Source: Octopus vulgaris (taxonomy: Eukaryota). Taken from it: 64,000 bases of DNA. Below the pieces are notes generated by a model. That model was not told the origin of the DNA, made no database searches, and saw only the letters and a program-made list of their open reading frames with translations. How positions within the stretch are numbered: position 1 is the stretch's first letter; each line of letters opens with the position of its first letter. This document shows, piece after piece, positions 25,735 to 37,587 of this stretch. The position numbers were made by a program, and so were the translations under genes. Where the stretch lies: positions 79,174,001 to 79,238,000 of the forward strand of contig OX597814.1 of the NCBI GenBank assembly GCA_951406725.2, read 5' to 3'.

Positions 25735-26305
25735 GAAGCGAGTTGGCAGAATTGTTAGCACGCTGGGCGAAATGCTTAGCAGTATTTCGTCTGCCGTTAC
25801 GTTCTGAGTTCAAATTCCACCGAGGTCGACTTTGCCTTTCATCCTTTCGGCATCGATTAAATAAGTACCAGTCATGCACTGGAGTCAATATAACCGACTT
25901 AATCCATTTGTCCTCTCTGTGTTTAGCCCTCATGGGTAGTAAAGAAATAGGTATTTCATGTCTTTACATTGAGTTCAACTTCCACTGAGGTCAACTTTGC
26001 ATTTCATCCTTTCGGGGTCAATAAAACAAATACCAGCTGAGTAATGGGGTTGATGTAAATGACTTACTCTCTCCCCCCAAATTTGAAATCAATATTCTAT
26101 TATTACTAAGGCAATGAGCTGGCAGTAGCATGCCAGGCAAAATACTGTGCAGCATTTACATTCTGAGTTCAAATTCCACTGAGTTCAACTTTGCTTTTCG
26201 TCCTTTGAGGATCAATAAAATAAGTACCAGTTACACACTGTGGTTGATATAATTGACTTAGTCCCTCCTCTGAAATTGCTGGCCTTATGCCAAAATTTGA
26301 AACCA
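25735..26305 (+). mobile_element. Three consecutive SINE family A copies
   Basis: Repeated GAGTTCAAATTCCAC..GAGGTC.ACTTTGC.TTTCATCCTTTCGGGGTCAATAAAA..AGTACCAG core near 25805, 25970, 26165. Confidence 0.85.
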
Positions 26306-26777
26306 GTATTTAGCACTTACGTTATTTAGATATCCTTGAAATTATGTCAAAGATATAAAATAAAATGTCTGCTCAAATTATGAAAATGTATACCATTGGT
26401 GCATTGGGCAGTTGTGTGAAGTTTGCAATGAACCACCATTGGTACATGAGGCAGTTAACATGTTAAGATCTGGCTTTATGAGGCTCATGACAGATTTGTT
26501 TTTTGAAGTTGGAAGGATGTTGCTTGAGAAAGACATAGCTATTTTTCCTGGAAGGTCAATCAATCATAAAGGGACTGTCATACTGACTCCTATTGATAAA
26601 GATGACAGCAGTAAAATAATGTGTAAAGCTATAATGACAAAAATTAATATTCACTTTTACCAGAAGGGCACAGTTTTACAGAGTTGTGAAGTTGATTTTG
26701 TCAATGACCACACTGTTTCATTGCTATGCTTATCAATCACCTATATAAACAAATATATAAACTTATAGGTTATTGAT

Positions 26778-27210
26778 CATCATCACCATTTAATGTCCAT
26801 TGTCCACACTGGCATGGGTTGGATGATTTGATCAGAGCTGGCAAGCTGGGGAGCTGCACCCACTTCCAGTCTGATTTGACATGGTTTCTATGGCTGGATG
26901 CCCTTCATAATGCCAACCACTTTACAATTTGCTGTGTGTTTTTATGTGGCACTACATGTGCACTTTTACATGGCACTGCACAGATGCTTTAACATGGCAC
27001 CACATGTGTGCTTTTATGTGACACTGACAGGAATGCTTTACACTGCCAGGGAGTGCTTTACACTTCTGCTGTGATGTACAAGTCTTCTTGAGGACAGCAA
27101 GGCACCAGGCATCTGTCCTTTGTAATCTCACCTAAAAAGTTCAGCATCCTGAGGTCTTTCTTCAGTACTTTAACCCATGTCTTTCTGGGTCTTCCACTTC
27201 CATGTTTGAT
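26778..27210 (-). mobile_element. Older RTE LINE 3' end
   Basis: GSGRPRKTWVKVLKKDLRML plus 3'UTR with short-unit array and GGATGCCCTT motif. Confidence 0.75.
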
Positions 27211-27254
27211 GTCATAAGTATTTATGAACTTTTGAGGGAACATGAAATAATTCA

Positions 27255-27422
27255 GGATCTCAAAACATATATAAAACTATAACTAATAGCATGTAAGTAT
27301 TGAGTTGAAAAACCCTTTTTGGATAGAAAACTCAAAAAGCAGTCATTGATTTATACTATCAAAAAGGGTTTTTAACTCAATACCTACATATTATTTATAG
27401 CTTAATACATGCTTCAAGATTC
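27255..27422. repeat. Inverted repeat / MITE-like hairpin
   Basis: ATGTAAGTATTGAGTTGAAAAACCCTTTTTGGATAG (27291-27326) vs CTATCAAAAAGGGTTTTTAACTCAATACCTACAT (27356-27389), with degenerate outer extension. Confidence 0.8.
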
Positions 27423-29404
27423 AGTTCCAAAAATAAGCAAGTTATAGATATTTTACTAAATCCTTCCAAATCATGACTGAAGTGAAATGGCAATAAAACA
27501 GAAACAGAGACATTAAAGAGTAAACGTCACTAAGAGCTTTGAAAGTATTTTCAATTAAAACAGTGTGTAATGCCAGGTAATTGAAGCCTCTTGCAGTCCT
27601 GTGGCTCACCAGCTCCTGTCAATTCATCCAATCCATGCTAGCATGGAAAACTGATGACAATGGTGGTGGTGGTGGTGGTGGTGGTGGTAGTTGGTGTGAT
27701 GGTGATGATGATGCTATAAAAACTATACACTATATACTTTTTTTTATGAAAAAGATCCCACCCCCCTGCCACCTATTCATATAACAATGAACATGGTAAT
27801 TCACAAGCCACAGTCAGATATTGGTATGTATATTTAGAGCAGGTGCTTTACAGATGGATATCACTGCTAAGTAGGAAAGAAAAATCAATTTCCTTAACTA
27901 CTCAGAAATTAGAGTAGATCTAACTATTTATTTCTTCTTCCTCAGCTTTTTTGCAACATGCCTTTTTCTAAAATTACATCTTCATTATCATCATCTGTAT
28001 AACATATGTTATACTATGTACAGTAGTATATGTATCTATACCAAACATACAACACACATAAATATAAAATGATATAAATTTTAATGTAGGTTGTTCGTAT
28101 ACAGTTTTTTTTTTTTAACAATTGTGAGCTTTCACACTTCCACTATTTTGACATCAGAATGGCACTGAAAGCAGAGATTCAAATAGGTATAATTCCTATT
28201 CAGAAATCAGGAAGGAAAGTCTTGTATTACATAATAAAGCTTGAATGAGATTGTGTAAGCCAATATTATTGAATCCATCAATGAATAAATTAACATTTCC
28301 TGTAATGATTATTGGCTCATCACTCAGCACCTTTATACACAAACACACACATTAAAGATGAAAATGGTTTGATCAAAAATCAAAACCAAAATTGCAGCTA
28401 TACTTTGCTGAAAGTTTACAACTACTCACAGAATGATTTCCAATGAAATTTGTAGAAAATACAAAAGATTTCTTAAAATTTCAAGAATCTTTGTTATACA
28501 CAACTGGTAACGAGGAAATAAAAACCAAAGTAAATATATCAAAGGGTTCAATAAGCATCAAACTAAGATGGAAGATTAGACTGGTAGATTTTGCTCCCTA
28601 AGGTTTTCTACATCAAAAAGGCCACAGATAATGTTAACTAGTTCTATAATGATCTCAAGGCTTTATATATCTAACCAATCACTTCACTGCCTGAATAACT
28701 GTACATGACAATTATATGATTCCAAATTCAATCCTTCTGCCCAGTACATTAGTTAAGTGCCTTCTGTCATAGTCTCAAGTTGATCAAAGCCTTGTGGGGA
28801 AAGCTGGGTAGCTAGAAACTTCTGTCAGTTGAACAGCATCTTATTTCTTTATTGTCCACAAGGGGCTAAACATAGAGGGGACAAACAAGGACAGACAAAG
28901 GGATTAAGTTGATTACATCGACCCTGAAAGGATGAAAGGCGGAATTTGAACTCAGGACATAACAGCAGACGAAATATCGCTAAGCATTTTGCCCGGCGTG
29001 CTAACGTTTCTGCCAATGTTTCTGGAGAGGCTGACCTAAATTGTCAACTTGCTTAGTTGCCACCACCTAGTCCTTAGATGCTTTTAGAACTATCTACACT
29101 ATCACAAGCATTTTAGCTAAATCACTAGCCTGAGAATAACATCCTTGTTTCTTACCCAATGGGCTGAGAAATCCGTCCTGCAAGATGTGAATGGTAAATA
29201 AAACACTGGCACAAATCTACAGTTTTGACAAGGAAACATATAATAGATTTAACCAAAGATAGTACTTAACTAGTATTCATTTTAATGATTTCAGAATGAT
29301 GAAAGGCAAAAATCAACCCCAGCTGGGACCTAAACTCAAAATGTTGATGGTTGTAACTAACTATCTAGCATACAGGTTACTACTCTATCAAATATAATAC
29401 TTAT

Positions 29405-29949
29405 TTATTGACATTGTTTTGAATTACTCATGCATTATCTTGTAGCTTTGAGATTTTAATGACATATTCTTCAGGCTAACATTGTTGGGTAAGTGTGAGA
29501 GGCTGGATCTGGAAAGTATGAGCATAATGCATGAAGAATATTTTGGCCAGACTTGGCCAATTTAAATGCTAAAGAGTTAAACACTGCGGGGCCCTATCAA
29601 TTCTGCCATCCACCACAAACAATAGTAATAGTAGACACAAAGAAGAATATCCAAGTTTCAAAGCATAAAGGTTGTGACATAAAGGTAGTAGTAGCTTGAC
29701 AATATTGTTATGAATTTAACCTTTTAGCAGTTAAACTGGTTACATCTGGCCAAAATATTCTGCTCATTTTGTATTCAAACTGACCAGATCCAGCCTCTTG
29801 CACCTTGTCCTGCAATGTCACTCTAAAAATAAACAATCACATCATCTAAATCTCAAAACTATAACATAATGCATGACAGATTCAAAACAATGTGAATAAG
29901 CATTATATGTATTATATTTGACAAAGTAATCTGAATGTTGAAGGGTCAA
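29405..29949. mobile_element. Two oppositely oriented copies of a ~230-bp TTAA-flanked non-autonomous element (piggyBac-like)
   Basis: 29716-29949 runs TTAA-CCTTTTAGCA...GAATGTTGAAGGG-TCAA; 29405-29580 is its reverse complement ending AATGCTAAAGAG-TTAA; partial copy at 48715-48810. Confidence 0.65.
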
Positions 29950-30049
29950 ACTTTATTTGAACACAAACTGGAGTTTGATACAATCTGCCTGTCTAAAAAA
30001 TGGATATGTTTCTACTTTTAGGCTGAATGGTTAGAGTTGTGAAGGCTAA

Positions 30050-30384
30050 AGACCCTCTTCGGTCATGAATGACTATGGCATTGCACCTACAAAGTTACCC
30101 TCCGAGGCACAAGTCCAAGCAAAGTTATTTGTGAAAGACTAGCAGTCATCCATGCATACCAGCCTCCCCTCTCCATGCCATTGATGTTATTCTTGGGAAA
30201 GGCAAAGGTTGATGCAGTTTGGCACCAGTGACATTGCAACTCATTTCTACAGTTGAGTGAACTGGAGCAATGTGAAATAAAGTGTTTTGCTCAAGAACAC
30301 AACACACAGCTTGATCTGGGAATCAAACTCATTACCTCATGATTGTAATCCCAATGCTCTAACCACTGAGCCATGTGCCTTCAC
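30050..30384 (-). mobile_element. tRNA-derived SINE (family C), near full length
   Basis: Minus strand GAAGGCACATGGCTCAGTGGTTAGAGC...GAGTTTGATTCCC...TGTGTTCTTGAGCAAAACACTT. Confidence 0.8.
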
Positions 30385-31968
30385 GAACAATATATAAAAT
30401 GCACAAATTTGCAAAAGTTACTTTACTCAGTGAAGAAACTTTTACAAATTTATGAAATTTGAAAAATTCAACATGGGAAAAAGATGTAAAACATACAAAC
30501 GCCAAAATGAGGAGAGAACAACTTGCACAAAACAAATTCTTACGAAATTGTGCTGAAATATTTCATTAAAATTTTACCTGAACAGAAATTTATAATGATC
30601 AAAGGGTCAGTTTTTTTAATGTGATCTAGATTGATGTAATAAGATAAACAATAAATAAAGTTAGAAATTTTACAACTATCTCTAACAGTACAAATTTGAA
30701 AAATCCAAATATTCATAAATACTACCATATTATCAATTGTCGAAATTGGTAGGTGTGAATATGAACTTAATACAGAATGCCCATGTTGAAAGTTATTTAG
30801 TAGATATGGATTTCATTATAGATTATAAATCTGCAACTAGCATGCAATTTAAATGGAACTGATGGCAACTATCATACAAAGTGGTTCTGCCTACAATGGA
30901 GATATATGTGCAAGTAGATTGTTGTAGTAAATATTTTCAAATATGATGTTTTACACATCTATACATTGTATGAAATTAAAACATAACTTTAATAGGTTAT
31001 TGGATCACCATCAAATATTTCACATCCATAAGTAAGCATTCAGGGCTCATCTCTCTCCTATCTCTTATTGATTTAGTTTAGAAGATACTTTAAAAGTAAT
31101 CAGTTAAGTGAAAATGGCTCAAGAGGCAATTTAACTCAGATTGTGGAGAGCTAATCACTGTTCTGCACCATTAATATGCTTCAGAAATGCTTCAGAGAAG
31201 CCTTACATAATTGCTCAATTTGCTAGATATAGTTGCCAAATCTTTCTCAAATTCAATGCTAATATCTTGATAAAAAAAGGGAAGGTCACATAAGAGCATG
31301 TCACGATATGCACAGCATATCAAATTAAAAAATGGCATGCAATAACATCAATTTTTTTTATCATACACCGCTGAACTAGGGTTGAATTGGGACTAAGCAA
31401 TATCAAATATTGGGGAATGTAGTATAGTTTTCAACTTTAGAGCCCAAAATCAAAGAATTAATAAATAAACTTCCACAGTTATATACATTTTTCTATAGAC
31501 TATAATGGAGATTTGACTGTATCAAGAACTAGTAGCAGTACTTTGCCCTGCTCAAGTTGATTGTTACTTAAAATAAAAGCAGTCATATAAATTCACCATA
31601 TTTTAGCTAAATTGTAATAAGAAAAATTCAGACAGCTTGCATTATCTATGACCTTGACTCACTGCTGAGAACATACTTAATAGTCTTACTCAAGAACTTA
31701 TAAAAGTAGAAATGCAAATATGAAAAGATGGTTATCAAAAGAAAAAAAAAATATAGAGCACAAAACACCCAAAACGATGCATGGAATTGTGGAAGTGTGT
31801 GTTACAACCTCTAGATATTTATTTTCCACTATGATTCCAAGGGCTTTGTTTCAAATTAATCATTCTACATGTGTTGTTTGTCAACTGCTTGCTTTTACTG
31901 CCCCTCCCTTGATTTCTATATTTACCTTTGGACACAGCTTATATTTAGTTTTATTGTTATCATAATTA

Positions 31969-32005
<37 letters not shown>

Positions 32006-33862
32006 CATGAAGAAAGAAACAATTATTATTATATTTACAGGATGTAGATGAGTAAAAAGTTACACAAGACATATGCACAATTAGATTTAGATAAGAACTG
32101 ATGAGAAAGTGTTTGCATGTCAGAGTAACTCCTCTGAATTCTGTGTCTGTCTGTCTGTCTTCCAAACCCATTAAGATTCAGCAGCATTGAAGCCCTAATA
32201 CCAAGCCTTGTAGTACATAGGAGTAGATCTATTAATTTTTCCACCTAAGTCTGCTTAAACTTTTCACCAGAATGTTATGACCTCTGTCTCTCTCTTTCTC
32301 TCTCTCGCAACAACCCTTAATCCCCCCACCTTTTTTTTATAAATTTAGAATAGTAATTTACAGATGCATTAACTACCTCAGTTAGTCAACAGCATCATTA
32401 TTACTACTACCAATATTTAAAATACCTTTTTTTCTTTCTATTATTTAATTAGAGATTCCATATGTAGTCACTCTCATCCAGCAAGAAACAGTAGTCAAAT
32501 CTCCCTTAAACCACATCCCACAATCTTATAAAAGGACTAATACAGCCTCAACACACTATTCCTGTAAGAATGAGGCACAGGGATGCCTGTGAGGTTAAGA
32601 AGTTCATTTTGCAACCATGTGGTTTTGGGTTCAATCACACTGCACAACACCATCGTCAGATCAATACCTTGTGAATGGATTTGGTAAACAGAAACCGTGT
32701 GCAAGTCCTTCATTTACATGTGTGTGTATGTGTGTGTGTGTATGTGTGTATACAGAGAGAGTGAGACAGGCCCTAGAAACTTACTCATCTGGGCCCCACT
32801 AACCTGTTAGATACTAATACTATGAGCTTCAGGAATCTTGCCCACTTCAACACTAGCAATACAAGTACCGTCACACCTAGTCCTTGTAACCCTATCACAT
32901 GTGACTGCAGTGATGCCCTCTCCCAGCCCCATACTAGTAACGATAATACCTTTGGTCTTACTTCAAGGATAACTGATCATATGAATCAGCATGGAATAGG
33001 GATTAATTCTAAGCCACCACTAATGGGAAAACTGTAACTATTCGTTACAATAGATGTATTTTGTTTATGCTATATTGTCAAATATAAATGTGGGGTAATA
33101 ACCCCATGTTCCTTCCAGGCAGTACCACTCACTTCCAGCACTGCTACTGGGCTCCCCTCAATTCATTCTCAAATAGAGCCTCTTCCTCCTTAGGTACATA
33201 TATACTACACCTCAAGTTCCTGGACATCTCTATGCCTAATCCTGGTCTATAATTTGTGGGATTTCCTTGTACAACACTGACCATTGTTTGGTAAGTTATG
33301 TTGCAGGGAATCACTCATTACTCTTTACTAGCATCTTTTCCATTTATATAGCATCTTGAAAACCCTCCCCAATTCCAGACCCTATGTTAACAGGTCAAAA
33401 AGATGCTCAGTATGTTCTCTTGCAAACCTTTACCTCTTAAAGAACTTGGGAGCCTCCAACAACTACACGAGTTCCAGGAATGAGATCCTTTTCTGTATAT
33501 CCACATTTTAAAAAATACATCTTGGTGGAATTTAAAAATAAGATATCAGACACATAGTAAACCATTAACATCTTGTTTACATCTTTGACATTGTTTATTC
33601 TAATGTTGTGTTTTATTTGCAAGGCCCTTCTTGCGTTTTATTTTTTGTCGTATTCTTTATCAGTATCCCTTGTTTAAATGTCATCTTTTTAGAAAAGCAA
33701 CTGACAAATGGTCTTGTTTTCAGCTTGAAAAATGGTGAAATAAATTAATTTTCCAACAAAGAAACCCTGGGTAGCTGTATTTAACAAGAATTGTGATTTT
33801 TATTATAATAGGTGCTCCAGCATGGTTGCAGTCAAATGACTGAAACAAGTAAAAGAATAAAA

Positions 33863-33911
<49 letters not shown>

Positions 33912-33915
<4 letters not shown>

Positions 33916-35195
33916 GTCACCCCTTAAATAAGGTAGTCTTTTTCAATTACATGAACTAAAAGTCAGAAGGGGACAGGATAAATTACCTGCATCAACTTGC
34001 TATGAAAGCATGTAGTAATTTTACCTTGTAGTTATTCTTAGTGCAAGTTTTGAAGAGTGCAATTCGATTATAACAGTTATTTTTTCAAAGCTATAATGGA
34101 GGTGACAAAGGAGCATATTTGGCATATTTTGCTTTATGTGTTCAATAAAGGCAACAACGCAACAGAAAATGCAAGGAATATTAATGCAGTTTATGGGGAT
34201 TGGACAATAAGCGTAAGCCAGTGTCAACGGTGGCTCCAGAAATTCCGAGCTGGAAACTACAGCCTAGAAGACGAGCCTCATCCTGGAAGATCTGTAGAGC
34301 TCGATGAGGATGTTCTGGTAGAAGAAAATTCCATTGTAACTGTTGAGGAACTAGCAGAGAAGCTTGGATTTGCTCATTCAATCATTCACTGATACCTGCA
34401 TACCATTAGAAAAATCAGCAAATTGGGTCAATGAGTTCCTCACAAACTTTCCAAGTCTTATCACATGCAGAGAGTGAATGAGTGCTCTTCTTTGCTGTCA
34501 CGTCTCACGAATGAACCTTTTTTTAACCGAATAGTGACTGGTGACGAGAAATAGAGAAAGCGGTTCTCTATAAAAATGTCAAGAACTGAAGACCGTAAGC
34601 AGGGAAAGGAGAAACACCAGCACCCCAGGCTAAAGTAGGTCTTTACTCACGTAAGGTGCTGTTATCTGTTTGGTGGGATATGAAAGATTTAATCCACTTT
34701 GAACTTTCAAACATAAACCAAATGATAACAAAGGAGATCTACTGCAAGCAGCTTGAGTGGCTTAAATCAGCACCAGAAGAAAAACGACCATCTTTGGTTT
34801 CAAAACGATAGGTGTAATCCCATCAGGATAATGCTCGACCACATACAACAAAGATGACATTCCAAAGCCTGGAGCAGTTTGAATAAAAAACAATGCCCAC
34901 CCACCATATTTGCTGGACATTGCCCCATCTGATTATCATTTATTCTGCAGTCTTCAAAATCATTTGGACAGAAAAAATATGAATTCTGTAGATGAGGTCA
35001 GAATAGTACTGGAGGAGAACTTTTCATCATGGACAAGTGAATTTTGGAAGAAGGGCCTTGCAAATCTACCAGGTAGATGGAAGAGTATTGTAGAAAATGA
35101 AGGAGAGTATATTTTAGATTAAAAAAGAACTTTGTTTATCTTAATTTTGAAAAATAAAAGTATAAAAAAACTGCATCATTTTGGGGGTGACCCAA
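33912..35195 (+). mobile_element. Mariner (DD34D) DNA transposon, full length, inactivated
   Basis: TIRs TTAGGTCACCCCTTAAATAAGGTAGT / ACTGCATCATTTTGGGGGTGACCCAA, TA on both sides, 1284 bp. Transposase 34096-35122 with SLEDEPHPGR, IVTGDEK, HQDNARPH, DIAPSDYHLF motifs and several stops/frameshifts. Confidence 0.95.
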
Positions 35196-35219
35196 TATAC
35201 ATACATAAAGGTTCATTTC

Positions 35220-35542
35220 CTTGCAACTTACTTCATGACCCTGCTAATGCTGGTGCCATATAAAAAGCATCCAGTCCACACACTAAAGTGGTAGACATTT
35301 AGAAGGGCATCCAGCTGTAAAAAACATGCCAAAACTGACCTTGCCTGTGCTGATGCCACGTAAAAAGCACTCATTTCACTCTGCAGGGTTGTCAGCGTTA
35401 GGAAGGGCATCCAGTCACAAAAACCCTGCCAAAACAAACACAGAAGTCTGGTGCAGTCTTCTGCCCAACCAGATGCTGTCAAACCGCCCAACCCATGCCA
35501 GCATGGATGGCATGGGTTAAATGATGATGATGATAATGATGA
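35220..35542 (+). mobile_element. RTE-type 3'UTR/tail element
   Basis: Two GAAGGGCATCCAG units, AACCCATGCCAGCATGG, (ATG)n tail. Confidence 0.75.
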
Positions 35543-36097
35543 TATATACAGGTTTGCTGATACAAACAAGGAAAGTATTAAGAGTTTCATACAATGGCAC
35601 AGTGATAAGTGGCAGTGCACAAAACTCTCTTCCCTTTTGTAACTTCTATTAGAGAAATAAAACAATGTACATATTGATACTTTGATTTCTATTTTTCTGC
35701 TGTACCATCAAGCCTGTTACTCACTCCTTAATTGATGAACATTACCTACTAACTTGAACACCAGCATGAAGCAGTATGGTGCCCTGCATATATATGTGTG
35801 ATGGACTCACCTTTTGTAAATGACAAATGGATGTCGACCTGCACAGGTGATTTGTTTATATATACAGCACAAATATTTATGCTGTACAATAGCTCACTCC
35901 CTCCCATCAAATCATCATTGCCTGCACAGGTGCATGGTGTACCTTGCATCATGTGTCAATGTGACTGCAGAGAAACATGAATCTGTTTTGCTCAAGGGCA
36001 AGATGCATGATCTGGCCTGGGATTCAAAACCATAATCACAACATATTGAGTATATATATATATATATATATATATACGTGTGTGTGTGTATGTACAT

Positions 36098-36437
36098 CTG
36101 TGTGATAAGAAGCTTGCTTTCCAACCGCATGGTTCCAGGTATATCACCTTGGGCAAGTGTCTTCCACTATAGCCTCGTGCCAGTTAAAGCCTTGTGATTG
36201 GGTTTGATAGATGGAAACTGAAAGAAGCTCATTGTGTGTGTGTGTGTATGGGTGTGTGTGTCTGTGTCCCCATCGCTGTTTGATAACCAGTGTTGGTATG
36301 TTTACATCCCCATAACTTAGCAGTTCAGCAAAGATACTGGTAGAATAAGTTCTAGGTTTAAGACAAAAGTCCTGGGGTCAATTTGTTTGATTAAAACCCT
36401 TCAAGCTGGTGCTCCAGGATGGCCACAGTCAAACGAC
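36098..36437 (+). mobile_element. Composite SINE family B
   Basis: Same architecture as 62902-63295. Confidence 0.75.
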
Positions 36438-37536
36438 TATTATATAGATATATGTGTGTGTGTGTGTATAGATAGATAGGTAGAGAGAGAGAATGTGTTT
36501 GATGTGATGTAGAGATTTTATATATTATAGAAAAGGAGGTAGTCAGAATTTTGGATAATTATTTTTTTGCACTTTCATCTCATTTGTTTCCAAGACTCAT
36601 TGGATATGCTTTTTTACAGAAAATTTCATGCCTTTTATATAAATACTAGACTACCTGTGAGCCGTTGGGTCACTGGGAAAAGTCTGAGTTTCCTAGCAAC
36701 AGAGTTTTGTTTTGTGGGTTTTTTTCTTTTCCAGGATATTTCGCATGCTTTCAACGAATGTGACATCAAAATCACACATAAACGGCTCCTTTCCCCAGAA
36801 TAGGAAAGATTTGGCTGCTATTTCTTGCACGTGCTGCTACCATGTAACAGGTATTTCAGGTCCTTTATTGCAAATAGCTGTTACGTGGTAACAGGGCGTA
36901 CTAGAAATAGCAGCCAAATATTTGGAGGTGAGATACATTGGATGGACTCAAAAAAAAAAACTTATGGAAAAAATTTATTGCACACTGAGGTTACGAAGGG
37001 GTCTTTTATGAAATATTTACCATATTTTTAAAGCCATTTTCTCTTTAGAATATTTTTTAAATACGCAAAAAAAAAATTTTTGTAACAGTATTCACTTGAA
37101 AATAATTTAAAGAAGCATTAAAATATTGTCTGTTTAAAGAAAGCTAAAATATAAATACTGTACAAACGACTTACATTTTTGAAACCAGACTCAAAAATAT
37201 TTCTAAATGATTAAAATATTGTGTTTAAGAAAAGCAACATTTATTTCCACTATAGCCTCTTTCTCTCTGTGCATGCATGTGTGTGTAAGTATGTGCATGT
37301 AATGAATTTTTGGAGGCTTGGTCAGGGAGAGAATAAGTGGGGAAAGGAAAAAAAAGAGAAAAAGGAAGACAGGAAGGACAAGAAAGAAAGAAACTCCTGG
37401 GGTGGTTATGGTCAGCTTGTTGAAGTTAATGACAATCCAAGATGTCAAACTTGTTTTAGCCATTGTTTCGAAAGCATCTTTCTCATCATATACATACTAA
37501 CATGTATGTAAATATACCTACACACAATATAGAATG

Positions 37537-37587
<51 letters not shown>

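Noticed and set aside
26412-26768. 118-aa plus-strand ORF
   Set aside because: Non-ATG start, no recognisable homology; splice signals fit the minus strand better.
34096-35122. Domesticated SETMAR-like gene
   Set aside because: Multiple stops/frameshifts and intact TIRs show a dead transposon.
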